A stretch of DNA of 29,040 bases from Nitrospinota bacterium (GTDB taxonomy: Bacteria > UBA8248): NCBI GenBank assembly GCA_030754595.1, contig JASLZZ010000040.1, positions 1 to 29,040 on the forward strand, in the 5' to 3' direction. The translations under genes and the position numbers were made by a program. The notes under the pieces are model-generated. The model saw only the letters and a program-made list of their open reading frames with translations, searched no databases and was not told the DNA's origin. Positions 26,797 through 29,040 of this stretch are shown here, piece after piece (position 1 is the stretch's first letter; each line of letters opens with the position of its first letter).

Positions 26797-28275
26797 TTAC
26801 GGATATCTCGGTTGATACCTTCCGGCGCGTTCCTTCACCTGTTTTCCGTTTTCGAATATCACCTGGCCCCGGATCATCGTCAGCGTCGGCCAGCAGCTGA
26901 GTTCCCAGCCCTCCCAGGGGCAGAACGGAGCCGCGCTGTAGAGCTCTGAATTTTTCACCGTGTGCCGGGTATCGAGATCCATGAAGATAAGATCGGCGTC
27001 CGATCCGATGGCAATGTCACCTTTTCGGGGGTGGAGTTGCAAAAGCTTCGCGGGGTTATAGGCACAGGCCTCTGCGATCGTGGTGGGCGAGAGGCCTCTT
27101 TCGAGGCCCGTGTGAAGCACTACCGGGAACATGCAGTCGTGCTGGGAAAATCCGAGTCCCGGCCTCTCTTTTGTCGGTAGAGGGCGGTACCAGCGGTTTG
27201 GCCTACCGTCGGGGAGCTTCTCTCTGGGGGGAACCATGCCGTCGGTCCCGATGCAGGTGATGTCGCCGTCCCTAACTCCGTCCCAGAGGTGATCGACGTC
27301 TTCCTTAAAGCCGAATTGAGGCGTGACGCCCGTGGCGATGTGTCCTAGCCGATTGCCGACCTCGGGCCACCAGAGCGACAGCCAACCCGCGCATGTCTCG
27401 CCCTGAACGTTCAGGCCTAAATCTTTGCGGTAATGGCGGATCAACTTCACCGAGTCGCGGTAGGTGACATGTGCAATCAGAAGCTCGGGGCTCTGGGCGA
27501 TGTGCGCGAGATATAGCACCGCTTGAAGATCGAGTGTTTCGGCGAAACTTGGCGAGGCATCCCTGACCGTCTTCGGATCGGGAATCTCCCCATCGCCCGT
27601 GTTGCTGATACCCGCCTCGAGCGCTGCCCTTTCTCCGATTTCACGGTTTCGGCACTGCGCGTAGGGCAAAACGCCTAGTTCCTTGCACTTTCTAAGCAGA
27701 ACCCAAATCTCGTCCTTGGCGAGTCCCGCCGGAGGGGAGCCCGTCCAGAACTTGAACGAGGAAATACCAAGCTCTTCGTAGTAGAAAGGAATTTCCTCAA
27801 TTTGGCCCATGTTTTCCATGAACAGGTGGTACGCGAAGTCGTTGGCGGAAACTTTTTCGGATTTTTCGATCACTTCGGGAAAGAGCAGCTTGTATGAAGC
27901 CGTGAAAATGGAATCTCCTCTGCCTTGTATCTTCATGAAGAGGGCGGGATCGTCGATCCGATCGTTCCAGCCCTCCATGCTGCTGATGTTTCTGTCGAGG
28001 AGAATCACCGATGTCGTGATGCCTGTCAGGGCGGCGTTTTTTGACTCCGACTCCACCTCGCTATAGAACTCGTTGAAGTGGCCGTAGTGGTAATGTGGCT
28101 CGACACAGCCCGGAAAGATGTGTTTTCCCTCCGCGTCGATGACAGAGGGCGCGCTGATAGTACCGGGCGTGGCAATCTCGACAATACTCTCTCCTTGAAT
28201 TCCGATGTCCGCCTCGACGATTCCTTTCTTGGGGATGACTAGCTTTCCGTTCACGACGACGAGGTCAGTGGCCAA
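26797..28275 (-). CDS. Cyclic amidohydrolase (dihydropyrimidinase/allantoinase/dihydroorotase-like)
   Basis: IDAEGKHIFPGCVEPHYH, GITT, SFKF, IAHV, GETC, GTD, NPAK and KGDIAIGSDAD. TTG start after GGAGG. Confidence 0.87.
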   Translation of the reverse strand: MATDLVVVNGKLVIPKKGIVEADIGIQGESIVEIATPGTISAPSVIDAEGKHIFPGCVEPHYHYGHFNEFYSEVESESKNAALTGITTSVILLDRNISSMEGWNDRIDDPALFMKIQGRGDSIFTASYKLLFPEVIEKSEKVSANDFAYHLFMENMGQIEEIPFYYEELGISSFKFWTGSPPAGLAKDEIWVLLRKCKELGVLPYAQCRNREIGERAALEAGISNTGDGEIPDPKTVRDASPSFAETLDLQAVLYLAHIAQSPELLIAHVTYRDSVKLIRHYRKDLGLNVQGETCAGWLSLWWPEVGNRLGHIATGVTPQFGFKEDVDHLWDGVRDGDITCIGTDGMVPPREKLPDGRPNRWYRPLPTKERPGLGFSQHDCMFPVVLHTGLERGLSPTTIAEACAYNPAKLLQLHPRKGDIAIGSDADLIFMDLDTRHTVKNSELYSAAPFCPWEGWELSCWPTLTMIRGQVIFENGKQVKERAGRYQPRYP

Positions 28276-28296
28276 TTACTTATCCTCCATAAAAAG

Positions 28297-28323
28297 GCTG
28301 TGCTCCGAAAAATTGGATCTCCC
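28297..28323. repeat. Partial copy of the 1866-1920 element
   Basis: GCTGTGCTCCGAAAAATTGGATCTCCC versus GCTGTGCTCCGAAAAAATTTGGATCCC. Confidence 0.6.
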
Positions 28324-28671
28324 ATACAATGAATGTTTTGTCGAGGAAGATTGACCTGATATCATCGCGGCATGATGTGTGTCATGCAAATAGCCAAAAT
28401 GATATATCGCATCCTGTCCAAGTACACGATTAAGTCTTGAACTCTGTTTGAAAGGGATTTTATCGAATTTCTAAAGCTTTGAATTTTTCAGGGGAGCAAT
28501 TATTGTGGAGTACGGGAGATTTTCCGGGGCGAGGCCCTTCGCCGCTTCCCTTGGTTGGTTTTCGCCGTGATGAGATTCCGCTGGAAATGAACACACTGGA
28601 ATATCAACAAATAACTATTGTAACTTTCGCCTAAACAGATTTTTTCCTTGTCTGTCCTTGGAGGATGAAAT

Positions 28672-28736
28672 ATGGAGGCCAAAGGCCTCGGTGTAGCAGT
28701 CGTGGGTTCGGGACGCATCGGAACACTTCGGGCGAG
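28672..28736 (+). pseudogene. 5' fragment of a Gfo/Idh/MocA-type oxidoreductase interrupted by an IS
   Basis: GGAGG RBS and Rossmann start MEAKGLGVAVVGSGRIGTLRA. The sequence switches to an IS end at 28737. Confidence 0.75.
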
Positions 28737-29040
28737 TGACCTCCCCTCATTTGTAGTACCACTAGTTACGAAGGTTCTGGAACCATGGACGACGGGCGAA
28801 GCAGAGCGAAGCCCGGAGGCCATGGTTCTTTCGTTTCAGGTGCTGGGGGCCGGTAGCCCAGTGAACCGTGCGGCCTGATCCTATTGTAGATATGCCGCCA
28901 GCGCTCCACCAGCACTTTTGCTTCGTGTAGGGTATCGAACCTCTCTAGATTTAAGAGTTCATCCCGCATCCCTGCTCTGAGACCTCAATGCGCTTGCAGG
29001 CCACAGGTACGCTTTGTCCTTGAGATAGCAGGATCTCGGC
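28737..29040 (-). mobile_element. IS3-family element, internally deleted, running off the window edge
   Basis: Terminal repeat TGACCTCCCCTCATTTGTAGTACCA at 28737 (TG/CA end). OrfB tail RDELLN...WRHIYNRIRPHGSLGYRPP at 28969-28766. OrfA-like AEILLSQGQSVPVACKRIEVSEQ at 29040-28972. Confidence 0.88.

Overview
GC-rich bacterial window dominated by nitrogen-scavenging and orphan catabolic genes. Left part, + strand: cupin, M29-aminopeptidase/NicX-like metalloenzyme, stand-alone acetylene-hydratase-like molybdopterin enzyme, and a second cupin. Next comes a cobalt-type nitrile hydratase operon whose beta subunit is split into two translationally coupled genes, plus its accessory protein. A SelA-like PLP enzyme, a small lipoprotein, a polar amino acid ABC transporter whose ATPase faces its partner genes, and a second M29-like gene follow. 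Right part, - strand: a cyclic amidohydrolase with a non-canonical metal site and an alpha/beta hydrolase, upstream of a complete urtABCDE-ureABCEFGD-ureJ urea uptake and urease cluster. The window ends in a Gfo/Idh/MocA gene interrupted by an internally deleted IS3-family element. I recognised no rRNA, tRNA or CRISPR array. All calls come from motif recognition; no database search was run.
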